Below the pieces are notes generated by a model. It ran no database searches. It was not told the DNA's origin and was given only the letters and a program-made list of their open reading frames with translations. A stretch of 64,000 nt of DNA. It comes from Bugula neritina (lineage: Eukaryota > Animalia > Bryozoa). Positions 1 through 14,500 of the stretch are shown piece by piece. The translations under genes were made by a program, and so were the position numbers. The stretch lies in assembly GCA_964035545.1 (NCBI GenBank), contig OZ037766.1:10592722-10656721 (forward strand). Reading direction: 5' to 3'. Numbering within the stretch: the stretch's first letter is position 1; the number at the start of each line of letters is the position of its first letter.

Positions 1-88
1 AATGCGTAATATGATATGCTGTCTCATGTAGTAAGAGTATATAGCAGTTTCAACACACATTGTATAATGCACTCTGTTTATTTTACAG

Positions 89-3000
89 GTTATACTACAT
101 CTTCTACCATGCTTATGTAGCATTCGCCACTGGCTTCACATATCTAGCTGTCAAAGTTGGACTCAATAGCAAATCTGAAAATGAAAATGACTTCAATTCT
201 TTTACACAAAATGTTGAACAATTTACTGTTGGTTTGAAAGAAAATATAAAACTACCTGAAACAAGTGAGTAGTGGTTTATACGTTACTTTCTACTGCATG
301 CACTAAGTGATATATAGATTAAGTATATTGTTCCTTCCACTATGGTATTTCTATGACATTGTCTAAGGTTAGAGTGACATGATATATCAGGTGTTATCCC
401 TTCTCTAAACTAGTAAAACCTGTGGCTGTGATTACCACCATAAATAAACAAACATTTAGATGAGTCTGACAATAACTAGTCGAGGAACTAGCTGCTGGTG
501 GCCTTATTTACCATCTGGTAAATTCTTTTGTAATGGTGATATTCATATTTCCTTATGTTTTATCAAATAGATTTTTATTAGTTGGGTAATCTGTAAAGAT
601 AATATTATATAGTTTCTCATCAAAAAAGATTGCATACTTTCACGACAGGGGTTTTTCCCAACCTTAGTTGTAAGCTCGTAGGCTATCAAAGACAACTTTG
701 TGCATACATGCAAGTAAGTAGAACAGCTGCTCCTTTACCAAGTAAAAGTTTGGTGAACTCAACTGTTTGAACTGACTGCAGGTGAAGAAGCCATGAGGCG
801 CCTGCTCACTTGTCAGGGTAAAGATGCTTATAGTATACTGGGACTCCGCTTTGATGCTTCGGAAGAGGAAATAAAACGCTACTATAGGCGCCAAGCTGTG
901 CTCGTTCACCCAGATAAGGTAGGTCCAGGCTTTGCACTTGTTGCAAGGAGTGGGGACAGTTATGCTAGGCAAGCATCTGTATTAATTGTTGTAAGTTGTC
1001 GTTTGCATTAGCCAAAAATCGTACTTGGCTGATTTCTCCCAATATTTTTGTACTGATATTTGTTTATACATGCTTAATTCACAGTTTTATATTGTTACAA
1101 AGGCCACCGAAATGTAACTCTGGTTATATAGTTATAGCTTTCCGCATGATATATTACGTAGGTGACCAGTATTTTGCATATAATGTCTCCATGGAATTTG
1201 GCTGCAAGCCTAGTTTGTAAAGCTGCTTGCAGGGTATTGCTTGTTTTTTTCAGCTACTCTAGTTTAGGATTTCATTTTGTCGCAACTTCTTGCCGTGGCT
1301 TAGCCTAGTGTTCACATGATGTTCACTGTTAAAATTAAGCTCAGGTTTTTTAATGAGAAGACAACTTTTATTAGCAGTTATAGACATATAACCCACAGTG
1401 CAAACTTCAGTGTTGCAGTTTCCTAAATAAACTCTCTATATATATGTATGTATGTATGCATACTACTCTGTGTTTACAGAATCAGCAGGCTGGTGCTGAG
1501 GAGGCTTTTAAGATCCTCGGGCAGGCCGTGGAGTATATAGGAACCCAGGTAAGGGTTACAAGTTACAGTTGTAGTAGTAGAATGTCTGGTGATATATTAA
1601 AATGCTTAGCTAGCATGAGTGAAACCAACTAGTGAGCTTGTACAACTCTAACTGCCCGTAGACAAAAGGCTACACAACTGCAGCTTTGTCATTATTGCTA
1701 GCAATTAATGATTGAATGTTTCTTAGAAACAAAGGACTAGCTAATAAAAGGAATAATCCATAATGTTATTTATATGATATCTAACTAGACTAATATAAGT
1801 ACATTAGTCGTAGCTAGGGTGTAATTAATGCTAGTACTAGTAGGTTAGTAACTGATCAGCCAAGCGTAGCAGATGCAGGAGTTGTTCAACCTTTACTGTT
1901 GATCACATCATTCTTGAGAGATGTGAAAGTTATAAAGGGCTTCATCAGTACTACTTAGTATTTGTGATGTACGCTTGTTAAGTATGTATTGACAAGATAT
2001 GAGTGATAAAACCAGTAAACTCTATCCAAGCACAACTTAGCATATTGTATCTCCAAATAAAACAATTGTTATGTAATGTTGTAGGAAAAAAGGACACTAT
2101 ATGACGAAAAAATAAAAGAACAACAATTTGAAGAAGCCAAAGTAAGGTTTTTACTCGCCTCCAAGTGAGCATTAAATATATTTTCTCACTGGAGCTGACT
2201 CTATGATCTTCGTGTAACTTGTTTGTTCAATTAAAGTCCTAGGTAGGTCTAAAATTTAGTTGCTGTTCTTTTTATTTGCCAATTACTAAAAGCAAGAATA
2301 TTTTGTGCTTGTAGAAGGACATTAGCAACTTGCTGGCACAGTTTCAAGAAAAAATGGCCGAGGTTAGTTTATGTAGATTTTATTTTATAAACTGAAGCAG
2401 CATCCGCATCTACCCAGATAATTCTAAAAAAGATGTTTTGATAGCAATATTTTTGTCATTTAGTATACAAATGATGCTTTTTGTTTGTTTGTAATGGTCA
2501 AGTGCTGGTGTAGTTATAAAGATATTGAACAAAACTACAATGTTTTAGGACTTTTAATGAAATTCATCATGTAGAAACTGATAGTATTATGTGGTAGTTG
2601 TATTGACAGAGTAAGCAAAGCTGTAAAGTACTCTAGAGTTGTAATATTATGTACTGAGTAACTCCATCATATATGTGTAATTTGCTATTTTTAACTGATA
2701 AATTTGTTTTTGCAAGTTTGCACAGAGTAATCGGCTTTGTAATAGAATGATGATGGTAAAGTTTCATAAGTGTTATCATTTATGCACAAGATTTGCTATC
2801 AAAGCATGCCATGCATGTTGGTAGTCATGAACATTTGAGGGTGGTATGCTGGGCTATGTAAATTATAGTGATAACAGATATATGTGTACATGACTGTGAC
2901 CTAATAACTTGAGGATTTATGGAATTTTGCGCCTACCATCTGTTTATAAGATGAACTTTATGTCTGTAAGAATAAGCTAGCGATGTTGTTATCAAGAGTA

Positions 3001-4016
3001 TTGGTTGAAGTAAAATCCAACCCATACAATTATAGGTGGAGGTTTCTGAGCTTTGAAAAATATTAGAATATAACTTATTGTTTGTTTGTATGACTAGAAA
3101 GTGGTGGTGTGTTTTGATAGGCTGCGAACTGGATACAATGTACCCACTGTGGTGACAAGCATAGGCGATATCTTACTGAAAAACCTGTATACAGTGCAAG
3201 GAAATGTAACAGATGTCAGTGTTATCATGCTGCTAAAGAGGTAATAGGCTTAGTGAAAATGATTTGTTTGTGCAATTTGATTATATTTAGCTGAATCTTT
3301 CATATAGATTATACCTAACGTTGCCTGTTGTAATGTCTTTAGGGGGAAATATGGGCCGAGACTACATTTATGGGTTTTAAATGGCATTTCTACGCTTGTA
3401 TGGAAAATCAAATATATGATGTTACTGCTTGGGTATCCTGCAAGGTGGGTGTGTGAAATTCACTTACATTTTGTTTTCCTTTATTATTTTTATGGCTAGT
3501 GCAGTTAATAAAAGTGGAGCGTTATGCGTGCTACCATTTTCTGTCTGTAGTCAACATTTTAACTCTGCACACATATTCTGTATATTCCTATTACCTCTAC
3601 ACACATATTATGCATGCTCTCATTCTTGTTGTAATGTTTTGCCACAGCCGGAGATGGCGAACAAGTTCCACCCAAACTCTCATGCTGTCAACGTTAAACT
3701 TACCACTAGTGGCGGGAACAACCGATCAAATTCTAACAGTTTTGGGTTAGTAGTTACTTTGGGTAATAATGTTATTTAGTAAGTGCCTATTTTTTCCATT
3801 ACCTATGTATGGAATTTTCTTATTATGTGTAAAAATGTAACTGTGTCACCATGTATGTAAAATATGTTTTTTAGAGAAAGTCTGCTCAAAAACCTTTACC
3901 CTCATACGCCTGGTGGGTCAGAAGCTGCTGGGCGGCAGTCCTCTCCTGATAGTCACGCAAAGGCAAATGGAACTTTCTCTAGCAAAAAAGGCAAACGTAG
4001 AGCTCGTCGACGTTAA
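89..4016 (+). CDS. DNAJC14: DnaJ homolog subfamily C member 14 (J-domain + Jiv90 Zn-binding domain), 5' end outside window; exons 89-264, 782-918, 1480-1548, 2085-2141, 2315-2362, 3121-3240, 3343-3444, 3648-3745, 3875-4016
   Basis: GT-AG exons splice in frame: [21 protein letters not shown]...[26 protein letters not shown] (J domain with HPD), then [12 protein letters not shown]...[22 protein letters not shown]...[17 protein letters not shown] (Jiv90-like) and a basic tail [10 protein letters not shown]. Confidence 0.92.
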
Positions 4017-5679
4017 ATAACTTCCACTTTCTATTGGACATCTCTACACCACTTCTGGTTGTTCTCAAGTTTTATTCTGAACCAAATAGCTGAAAGAGAA
4101 ATCTGCATTTGATTTCAAAATTCAGTTTTCACAGATGATGGTTTCTAGCAGAGCTGAACAAAGCCTCGATTGGGGATATATTGTGACTGAAATGGCAAAT
4201 ACTTAAATGTAGTATATAAATTCAACTAAAGTGTCATTCTGTACAATCAATTGCATATTTTCTGTGTGCAGCTCTCCACTCAAGCCAAAAATACAAAACT
4301 TAAAATTAATTATATTTTTGTCAATTTTTGCTTTTTCTAGCAGATTTTTGTTGTTTATTTTTGAAAACACTGTAAGTTGCAAGCTTCTTAGTTTTATTAG
4401 TTACAAATTTTTTTAGGTATAAATGTGATGTCTGTTTTTGCAGTCAGTCTATAGTCTCAACTCACCTTATTTGACCGCTCAACGCCTTTCAGCATTTGAA
4501 TATCCCAGATTGATTCTGGTTAGGATGTCTCTTAAACAGATAAATAAAACGGTGGTTTTTAGAAAGCAAAACCTTTTTTCTGTGATTAATGTCTTATGCT
4601 AAAACATAAAGAATGTCTTTTATTTTGCAGAATCTAAAAGGATAACACACATAGATACTTTATCTGTACTTCCGGTGATAGTAGATTGGGTTAAATTGTA
4701 AATCTGGTTTGTAGGGAATAATTTTACAAGAAAGAGAAACACTGACAAGTCTACACTCAGTCTTCATGGTGTTACACGCCTGAGAGTGCTGCTGTTGTGT
4801 TGCATAAGTGGGACATGCACCTTTAGTCATATATTAGTCAATTGCTGTAATCGCATACATGCTTGATAGCAATAACAACTTTTTATTTGAGACTGGCCAA
4901 CTCTTGGCTAAACATTATTTTAGCTAAATAACTATACACATATTTTTTAAATAATTGAAATTGGTGAAGAGCTCACCTGTTGACATTAGAGCTACAAGTC
5001 TGGAAAGGTTCACTCTGCCTTGCTTTTGAAGCATGAATAAATGCTTTAATAGTGGTATTTGGAAAAAGGATACCCGTCAAAGGATTTATAAACAGCTTTT
5101 TGACCTATAATGCAGTGCCAATGGTATGTAGTTAGTAGTTACTTGGTAAATTCAAGTAACTACTGATACTTTATCAACTATAATAATGGTATAAATAGAA
5201 AGTTGCAATGGAGTGGGTACATTTTTTTTATAGGTTGCATTCCTAAATGTTGCAAAATAAGCCATAGAAGTTGGAACATAGTAATGAGAAAAAGATGTAG
5301 CATTGATCATTTAATAGAAGTAGCGGTCTCGGCGCTTAGGTTCTACAATTTGTTAGGCAAAATTATCTTCCTCTTGGCAAATGCAATTGAGAAGACAATT
5401 GCTATAAAAATAAATATGCTTGACTCTCTTTGAGGTTTCTGCCTAGGCTAGGATTGTAGGAAGGCTCTAGGCCAAGGTTAAGGTCAAGGTAATGTTATGA
5501 AAGTTGCTGAACTAAAGTCTACATTAACATTGCCATTGCTCAATAAAATTAAATTGTGTGAGGTGTTTACTAGATGGTTGATTTATTGGTATTAGTCATC
5601 TAGATTTGATGTAGCCTGAATAGTATTTCCAACCATTTTATTTTGTATTAAACTATAAATGACAAACTTTCAGCCCCTT

Positions 5680-6070
5680 TTACTTACTCTTAGTCTTACA
5701 CTTAGTGACTTACTCTTAATCTTAGTGACTTACAGTTAGTGTTACTGTTACTGTTAGGGAGTTACACTTACAGTTTCAGTTTGAGTTACTCTCACTCAAA
5801 GTGAAGCTGGAAGTGGAAGCCACTTTTAAATTTAACTTTTAAGAGTCAGAGTAAAACTGCAAACCTCAACAGAAAAGGTACAAAGGGAAAAGTCATTTTA
5901 AAAGTCAAACAAAAATAATCATAATGATAATGAGTATAACTATAATAATAATATTAAATATTAATAGTTTATTAATTAAAAATTAAATATAATATTAATA
6001 TTATTTGTAATCATACTGTTACTCATTATGATTGCCAATTTGAATTATCATGATTATACTTGAATTCGTA
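5680..6070. repeat. Degenerate hexamer-periodic low-complexity tract (HSCB 5' region)
   Basis: TTACTC TTAGTC TTACAC TTAGTG... and ATAATC ATAATG ATAATG AGTATA ACTATA runs. Confidence 0.7.
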
Positions 6071-6747
6071 TTAATTGTAACAATATTTATGTTAAATTAA
6101 GCAATTGTTTGACTCAAAAAAGTTATAATTAGATGTCTTCCTAGCGTTTCTAATAGCTCTTATGAGATCAGTGTTAGATGAGCTAGGCAAGAGCCCCTAA
6201 CTATTTGATTACAAGTGCTTTCTTTTAAACTAAGCTAAAAATAATGATAAATTATAAACATTATTTTTAGAAAGATAAAATTGTTATTGTTGTAAACTGT
6301 TTTAAAAATAGGAAAGTAAGTGAATTAAATTTACTTGGTTAGTGCAGAGCATAAATTTCAAAGGGTAAGGAGGAGGGAGGGGTGAGCAAGTTTAGTCTTG
6401 CATTCAGTACTGTAGCCTCTGCTTTATAACTATTACTACTGACTTTTATAGGTATAGCATAAGGTACATTAGGAGGATGTTGATATATTTGTTTTAATTT
6501 TTGTAGGCTGCCTGCAATATTTTGTCCCACTGAGTATTTGTGGAGCGATATGGCAAATTTATTGTGCTGCTGTGGCTATACAAATAGACTAGTTGATAGT
6601 ATGGCCAGAAATATGAAATTGCTTAAAGGAATAACAAGCAAAAGAGCTCACATTAAAAGTGTCACACAAAGTAGCCAAATTGAAAGAAATATGTGCTACA
6701 GTAGCTTTCTATTATCGAATTCATATAGCAATCCGATACAAATTGAC

Positions 6748-8264
6748 ATGAGAAAAGTGCTGGTATTTAGATTGTCCACATCTTCAGTTCGCCTAGTGAC
6801 AAGCTTCTCTAATAACAATAAATTTTGTTGGAAATGTGGAGGAAAGTTATGTTCTGACAATTCATTTGATGACAGCATTCATCCAGCAGAAAAATTTTAC
6901 TGTCCACATACTGAATGCAAAGCTTTGCAACCTCCTTCAAATGAAGATTATTTTAAACAATTTAGTTTGCCATTGCATTACAACATAGAAGTGTCTGAAT
7001 TGACAAGAAGATATAAGAAAATTCAACAGCGGCTCCACCCTGATAAATTTATTCATGCTTGTGAGGTTAGTACAGTTACAAAGTTGAGTACAAATTATTA
7101 TCATTAACTTTAATAAATATTCAATACTTTCTGCATGTCTGTCTAAGCCACAAGAAAGAATTATACATTTTGTTTTGAGAATTAAAACTATAATAATGAT
7201 TAGACTCTACAGTATTTATTTAAATTGCTGAATTCCAATATTTATTTTTAACATCTGTTGCAGGTCATGGAAGAGAAATGCACTAGTATCACAATTGAGA
7301 ATAGTTATCGTAGTGATTTGAGAGATTGATTTGCCAATAAATGTTGTGGTCTAGCTCACTTGTTATAATATTCCACCCTGTGTAGATAATACAGAGTTTC
7401 TAAACTTCAGAATATTTGGAAATAAAGTTGTAGTCTATTCTACTTTGTGCATGTAATTTTTTGGACAAGAACATTGTGAAAAGGCTTTTGTATACAAATA
7501 ATCTTAGTGAACTTATAGTTGAATGTTTTTGAAAAACGTTTAGTAGTACTGCTAAATGTTTCAGCGTTCAGAAATTTTTTCAATATTCCATAACAAGCAA
7601 CCTAAAATTCATGTTAAATTTATGACTAAACAATTCTACTATATTGCATACATGCGAATTTGTTATAATTTTGCAGAGAAAGTCAAGAAATACTGACATC
7701 TAACAGATGAATATTTTGCCTTCTACTTTTCTAGGAACAAAAGAGACATGCTGCTGAGCAATCTTCATTAATCAACAAAGCTTATGACACCTTGCTGAAA
7801 CCTGTTGCTAGAGCACTTTACATGCTAGAGTTGAATGGACTGTCTTTAGAAGAAGGCGAAGTGACTGTCGATTCTTCACTACTTTTAGAAATTTTAGAAT
7901 TAAATGAAGAAATTGAAGGTGAGAATTGATAATGCAGAACTCTATTTGGGTGCTATGTTTGTCCCTTTTCAGTTTAATCACTGTAAACAATGTCGAAGTG
8001 TTATTTTGCTGTCCTGAATGGATGTATTAATGTAATATAATATAATATGGTTGTTTAATTTATTTTGTACTTTTAGAGTTACAAGAAGAAACTCAACTGA
8101 AAACCATCTTTGAAGAGAATCGTGACAAAATCAGTCATCTTATCGCTAAAATAGAATTAGCATTTCAAGAACAAGACTATTCACGTGCCAAGCAGTTTAT
8201 AGCAGAGATCAAATATTTAGTCAACATTGAGGATAAAATTAAAGAGAAGACCTACTTCCATTGA
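6748..8264 (+). CDS. HSCB: Mitochondrial iron-sulfur cluster co-chaperone HscB; exons 6748-7065, 7735-7918, 8077-8264 (start ATG inferred)
   Basis: Arg/Ser-rich presequence-like N-terminus MRKVLVFRLSTSSVRL, CWKC...CPHTECKALQPP metal-binding motif, DYF...QQRLHPDKF J domain, SSLINKAYDTLLKPVARALYML and FLLEILELNEEIE C-terminal domain. Upstream in-frame ATGs exist, so the start is uncertain. Confidence 0.92.
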
Positions 8265-8460
8265 CGTCTCATTAAGGGAAACAACTCTGAATAAACCACT
8301 AATTTTTTTACACTATAGACTCAGTTATTTACAAAATATTATATGGTGATGATAGAATGTTCTTCATAACAACTTGTCTTCAGATACATTTAAATTAATT
8401 TAGCGGGTATAATTGGGAAAATGTTTTTGTTGTGGAGAATTTCCTAAAAGTTCAGAGAGA

Positions 8461-9625
8461 TTACAACTCCGATTTTTGGGCAGCTGCCCGGGCAGCAGCC
8501 GCCTCTGGTGCATAGGTAGGCAATAGTTTTTCTACTCTAGCTATAAATTCACTCTTCTCTGTGCACCCTTTGCAATCTTCATTCCAAATAGCCAAAATCT
8601 TCTTCAGTTCTTTAACTTTCATCTTTTTGAAATTGGCATTAACTAAGTCCATCTGCTTTTCTAATAACCAAAAATACATATTTGAATGCAATAAATTGCT
8701 TAGTTTACTAATACGAAATATCAACAGTTGTTTCAATAATTGTACCACTCACCATATTTAAGCTCACAAATTTGACTGTCTTTAGCTTTAAGCTTGTCAC
8801 AAATCTTTTCTGGAGGCATGTAAAATGACAATGGCTTGCTCACATCACCGATAGTGCTAGTTGCAGAGTCTTCCCTGGCTCCAATGTAAAAACACTACAA
8901 TAATTCTACCGTTTAAAACATTATATAATATATACAAAGTTGGGGAGTACGATCAAATTTGATTAAAATATTTTATTACTATTAGATTTATGTGTGTAAG
9001 CCACAATCATCAATTTTTCATGAAACGGTAAGAATGTAAAATATTCCCTATTACACACATTGAAGCTATTATTTTAGTAATGGTGATGGTGCAATGCTGT
9101 AGAAATGTGTCATGGCAATTCAAAAAGCAACAAATTAGCCTAAACTTCTATTGTATGGCTACACTATTGGTTAGTCTCTTTGCTATTAGATGGAGGAGTA
9201 ACGTAAATAAATGCATGAATTTGATGTCTATCAGTGGTTTGCAAAAGTCAAAATATACAGAAAAAAAATCCATACTCGCAATATAAAACACAAATGAAAC
9301 ATAAATAACTTACAAATCGCTCATCTTTTCCCTTGACCTTTTTGCAGAATTTTCGCAGAAGAGTCTCAACTTTGTCTTTGCTTTTTCTATCTTCGTCAGA
9401 TAACGTCTCGGAAAACTTTGTCAACATGTTGACGCAAACTGCTCATTAAAATACAAGTAAACATTATTTTGTGCGTGGATTACGGAGTAGACACACGAAG
9501 CAAAGTAAAACGAAGGCTAAATAAATAAATAAATTTATCTTACCTTCACATTCTTGAGCCTGACTATCATGAACTATTACTGCAATTAGAGTGATGAACA
9601 AACATGCTACTGTAGCTTTGAACAT
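8461..9625 (-). CDS. MANF: Mesencephalic astrocyte-derived neurotrophic factor (MANF/ARMET); exons 9625-9544, 9438-9314, 8894-8753, 8660-8461
   Basis: Signal peptide, then ECEVC...[24 protein letters not shown]...[21 protein letters not shown] (saposin-like), [25 protein letters not shown] (SAP-like with CKGC) and a KDEL-like C-terminus KSEL*. Confidence 0.96.
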
Positions 9626-10289
9626 CCTTGAGGTTGGCTATGTCTTCTTATTCCAATACTATGCCAAATCAAGTATATTGATCTACAAAAACGAGAATAA
9701 CTAAATATAAATATACTTTTAAGCAATTAAAAACTTAAGATACTATGGAATAAATATAGGGTATATAGCAAATTACAAAATTAATAAGAAAAACATATCT
9801 ATAAACTCTATGAAGCGCAACATAAAGTATCCCAACTGTCCACAGAAGTCCTACTTGTATATTATGAAATACATATCTTGGTGATTATATAGTTGGCTCA
9901 AATTTGCATAAAAACTATCTTTCATGAAAATTAGATACTTGTTATACAATAAATAAATGTACTCGAGTTCAAAATATAACGGAGGCTATGCCATTGACTT
10001 AATAAATAATTCAGTTAAAGTACATATAATAAATTACATATTGTTAAGTAGCTTCATACAACATAAAATCGGCATATATGATTCAATATTACCACAGCTG
10101 CTACAATACCCATAAGTTATAGTCAGAACAACAGTAATAGTTACTAGCATTGTGCAAATGGTTAAACAACCTTATATAATTGTTGATGTACTTCATTTAT
10201 AATAAAATAATAATCATCAGCATTAAGCATTAGTGATCTTATTTTCAAGCATATATGAATAAATTTCATTGTATGTTTATTAGCATTTC

Positions 10290-10780
10290 TATAAGAGTAT
10301 AATTATAACTATTGGTATTAAATTTACTTAAAGTATAAGTATTAGTATAACCATAAGATTAACTACTAATACTAATACTAATAGTTATTTACTTTTACAG
10401 TAACACTTTTAGTTTTAGTAACCAATTCTAGGTAACTGAATAACTCATTAAATAAGGCAAAGTGAAAGTGTAACACTAAGTCTAACACCAACAGACACAG
10501 TAGAGTCAGAGTGTAGACGTAGTGAGTAACACTAACAGTAACAGTAACACTAACTGTAATGACTAAATCACTAAATCAAAATGTAACAGTAGAACTACAA
10601 CTAGAAGTAGATGTAATACTAATATTAAGTCCAATAGTAATAATAATATTAATAGTAATACTTATACTAGTACCAATAGGAATAGTAATACTAATAGTAC
10701 TACTCATGCTGTACTACTAGTACTGTACTACTACTACTACTAGTACTAGAAGTAGAGTGCTACTTGAGTAGCACTAGTAG
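10290..10780. repeat. Degenerate hexamer-periodic tract (MANF 5' region)
   Basis: TAACAG TAGAAC TACAAC TAGAAG TAGATG TAATAC TAATAT...; TA recurs every 6 bp. Confidence 0.8.
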
Positions 10781-10859
10781 TTGAAAGCCGCTTTCGGCCT
10801 CTTTAATACTGAAATTCAAATTGACTATCAGTTTGAGATTTGAAATTGAATGATACAAT

Positions 10860-11561
10860 CTGGGGAAACTTACACGTCAACCAAGTATGTCTGTGAACAA
10901 CTCTATTGTATTTTATTTCGTGGCAGTCTGATTGTGAACGTTATGTGCCAATGAATGGTACTATTTGTCAATTCATATTTTATTACATTCATACAAAAAG
11001 AAAATTCCCGTGTCTGGCTTAACGTCTATAAACTAAAATAATATCGCCGTTCTGCTAAATATATATATTCATATAATAAAACTTGGATGAAAAATGTCTA
11101 ATACCTATAATCATAGGCTACTAAATATTTTTGGACACGTACTTGTCGATTTACGATTGGCCAAGTGTTGCTCAAAGAAAGCGCCGTGCCGAACTTTGGA
11201 GACAACTCCGAAACCAAAATTATAGCTTCAGCTCAGTGCTCGAGACCAATGCACTCAATAATATTGGTTTATTCCAGCTCAGTGCTCGAGACTCTCAAAC
11301 TACTGCACTCATTCACCACCAACTAGGAGCTGCTTATAGAACCATACCAATGTAAAACGATGTAAAGCTTTTTTTGAAAAGATAATAATTATTGTAAAAG
11401 GAATAATTATTGAATAGACAAGTTTCCAAAGACATACGGGAAAATTGTGCGGTACGACGAGAAAAACGGAAAAACAACATCAAGAACAAGGCTATGAATT
11501 ATAATATAATATTTTTATGGAACAATGTCTTGAAAGAACCAGCGCTATTTATAAAACAAGC
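10860..11561. promoter_or_regulatory. Divergent MANF / HSPA14 promoter region
   Basis: Head-to-head genes, local CpG enrichment, CCAAT/ATTGG boxes (~11156, 11247, 11263), ACACGT cores (10872, 11135) and a 17-bp direct repeat AGCTCAGTGCTCGAGAC. Confidence 0.6.
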
Positions 11562-14500
11562 ATGGCCGCGTTCGGTATACATATTGGAACAACAAATTCA
11601 TGCCTGTCAGTTTACAAGGTAAAAATATATAGTGTCAAGTACAAGGTTTATTTGGAAATCAATAAGATATTTACTCATTATTGTAATATTTACGCTATAA
11701 GCTATATTGTGGTATCATTATGTTTCACTTTTTTAGTTTTTAGTAAATTTCATTTTAATTTTCTTTTTCATTTTCTTTTTTAAATTCTCAACTAAAAATC
11801 AAAATTCTTAGAGTAACTCAGCAAGTTCAGTCATCAGATTCAATCACAATGTTAATTGGCACATCTTCATCATGAAGTTAGTAAATTTTTATAGTTAAAT
11901 ACCTTTGAATACCTTTAAGCTTTGAAGATATTGAACATTATGATTATGATTAACTTTCAGGAATATTTATCTTAGACTTGAAGTTATTCTAAATCTTATT
12001 ATTTTTTATGCCTATGAACTTGGAGTTAATCACTAATAGTAATACTAATATTGATGTTCTAATATTAGTTCAGTAGTACTAATACTAATAGTGGTACGAC
12101 TGCCTCATTTACTATTCTAATTATTTACTTATACTTTTAGTTTTAGCCATTTGGCTTTGCCTTTTATTTAACTTTAAGTTTAGCTTTACAGTTTACAGTA
12201 ACACTAGCATTAGCAGTGTGAAATTTGTTCAACTTAAATCAATAAATGAGCTAAACTACCATTATCAGTCGTACTGATATTGAATTTGATAATAATACTA
12301 TTAAGTATTAATATTATGATAATCGTCTTAAACTGATTATGATATGCCCACGTACATCTACCTGAATGCGTCATTATGATAATTTACAGTACAATTATAT
12401 TTTGAATGTTTTATATGGAGTTGTGTGGAACTGTGCAGTGTTAGTAGTTTGTAGCAATAGTGATACAAATACTTAATCTTTTAATTATAATAATACTTAT
12501 GATATAAATATAATTTTGGCAATCACTTAATCATATTGCCATGAAGATTAATCACAAATTTAAAGTGATATTGATTATCATGATGATAATGATTATCATT
12601 GGGATAAATGTAATTTCAGTTATAATAATATTTATTTATAATAAATATTTACCATTACGATTGTGATGGGCGTAGTTTACAGTTATACTTATTGGTTATA
12701 AGTTATGGAATTATAATTATAGTACAATAATTATAAGGTCAATACTAATCTTGAAATCTGTCCAATCACTAATGTAAAACCTATATTGTAGTTTTACTTA
12801 ATTTTATTCTTAATCTTATGTTAATAGTCGATGTTATAGTCATGGAAAATGTAACCCTTGCTTTTTGTTTTACTCAACCTCTGTAACTCTAGCTGTATGA
12901 CTTTGTTAGATTTACTAAAAGTAAGAGTAGTTGTTGTAATCACTAACAGCTTGATTCGTTTACTAGCTTAAGGATTGTCTGATAGTTGTTTGTACTTGTG
13001 AAAGTGTGCTTTCTGAGCCTTTTACAACTCAGTTCTTTCTTACTGACTAGCATTGATATTTGCAATAAAATAGAGTGAATGCTGGTTTCAATTTACAACT
13101 CTGTCTATGGCAGTGAAATTAGGACACCAATTGACAGAATGGTTTTTTTCATTTTGGCTTTTCTTTTCAGTTTAAAAGTTACTGTGTACATAGAAGCAGC
13201 TAATTATAAGTAATATACTTGCTGTTATAATTGATGGCTACTGAAGTATGCATTATAGTTCCATTACAAGGACATAGCTGAAATCTCATCTTGTATTCTT
13301 GTTTCTCTTTTAGGATGGGAACACTGAGGTAGTTGCAAATGCAGCTGGTGACAGAACCACGCCAACGCTTGTGGCATTCTCTACTCATGATAAAGTACAT
13401 TCCACTATATAAGCTATTTACACTTTTACACTAAAACTTTCAGTACTTATCTTCATTTTAAAAATTAATTTTGTTATCAATAGCCTAAATGTGACATTTT
13501 CTATCAGAAAGATCTTGCACTTCTTGTTTACAATTCTAACCAGCTTGTAATCCGATCTGGTTGTTGGCTTGTGTTTCTGTAGTAATGTATATTATTGTTG
13601 GCAGGTTGTAGGTCTCCCTGCTAAGCAAGGGCTAATTAGAAATGCTAAGAACACAGTCTGTAGAGCCAAGAGGTTACTCGGCAGACAGTTTGCTGATCCT
13701 GAAGTACAAAAAGAAATAAATAACTCACAATGCTCAGTATGTTCAAACATTGCTAACAAGATTGTTGCATACTCGAATTTTCAACTATTGCCCATTTCTT
13801 TGCTAAAATTTGGTCAAAAGTGTTTCAGTATTTCTGACCCAAAAGGCTCTCTATTTTATAAGCAAATATTGAAGCTTTAATTAAATTAAAAGACATTACT
13901 TTAAAGTTATTCATAATTCAAAGTTGTTTTTTAAATTTTCTTTTCAAGATTATAGAGAAAGATGGAAAGCCTGTATACCAAGTACAATATCTGGAGTCAC
14001 AGAAGTTATTTTCTCCTGAACAATGTATTTCGTTTTTATTTGAAACATTAAAAGGTTAGTTGTAGATACAATTTCTAAATACTTTAAAATACTGGCAATA
14101 AATTAATATGCTAGGTTTTCATAATTATCAACTTTAGCTTCTTGTATATTCTATAGTCTATAGCATAATTTGTGTTTGCGTCTAATGTGTTTCTACATGT
14201 ATTATTTTGTTAATCTATCTACGGGATGTACATTTACAAATTTTGCAGAAAGCAATGGTGCAATTTGTGATTTTATAATTTTGTTACCTGGGATATGTGT
14301 TATTGCTAGATATTACAGGTTTCTCACTGTTTAGTCCTTTCAGGTAGCGGGGCTAGATATTTCAACTTGTGAAGTTTCAATATTGTTTTAGTCCTTTAGT
14401 CCTTTTAGTTTCAATGCTGTTTGTAGATTTGGCAAAACACCACAGTGATGGAAACATCTTTGATGCTGTAATATCTGTTCCATGCGAGTTTGCAGAATCA

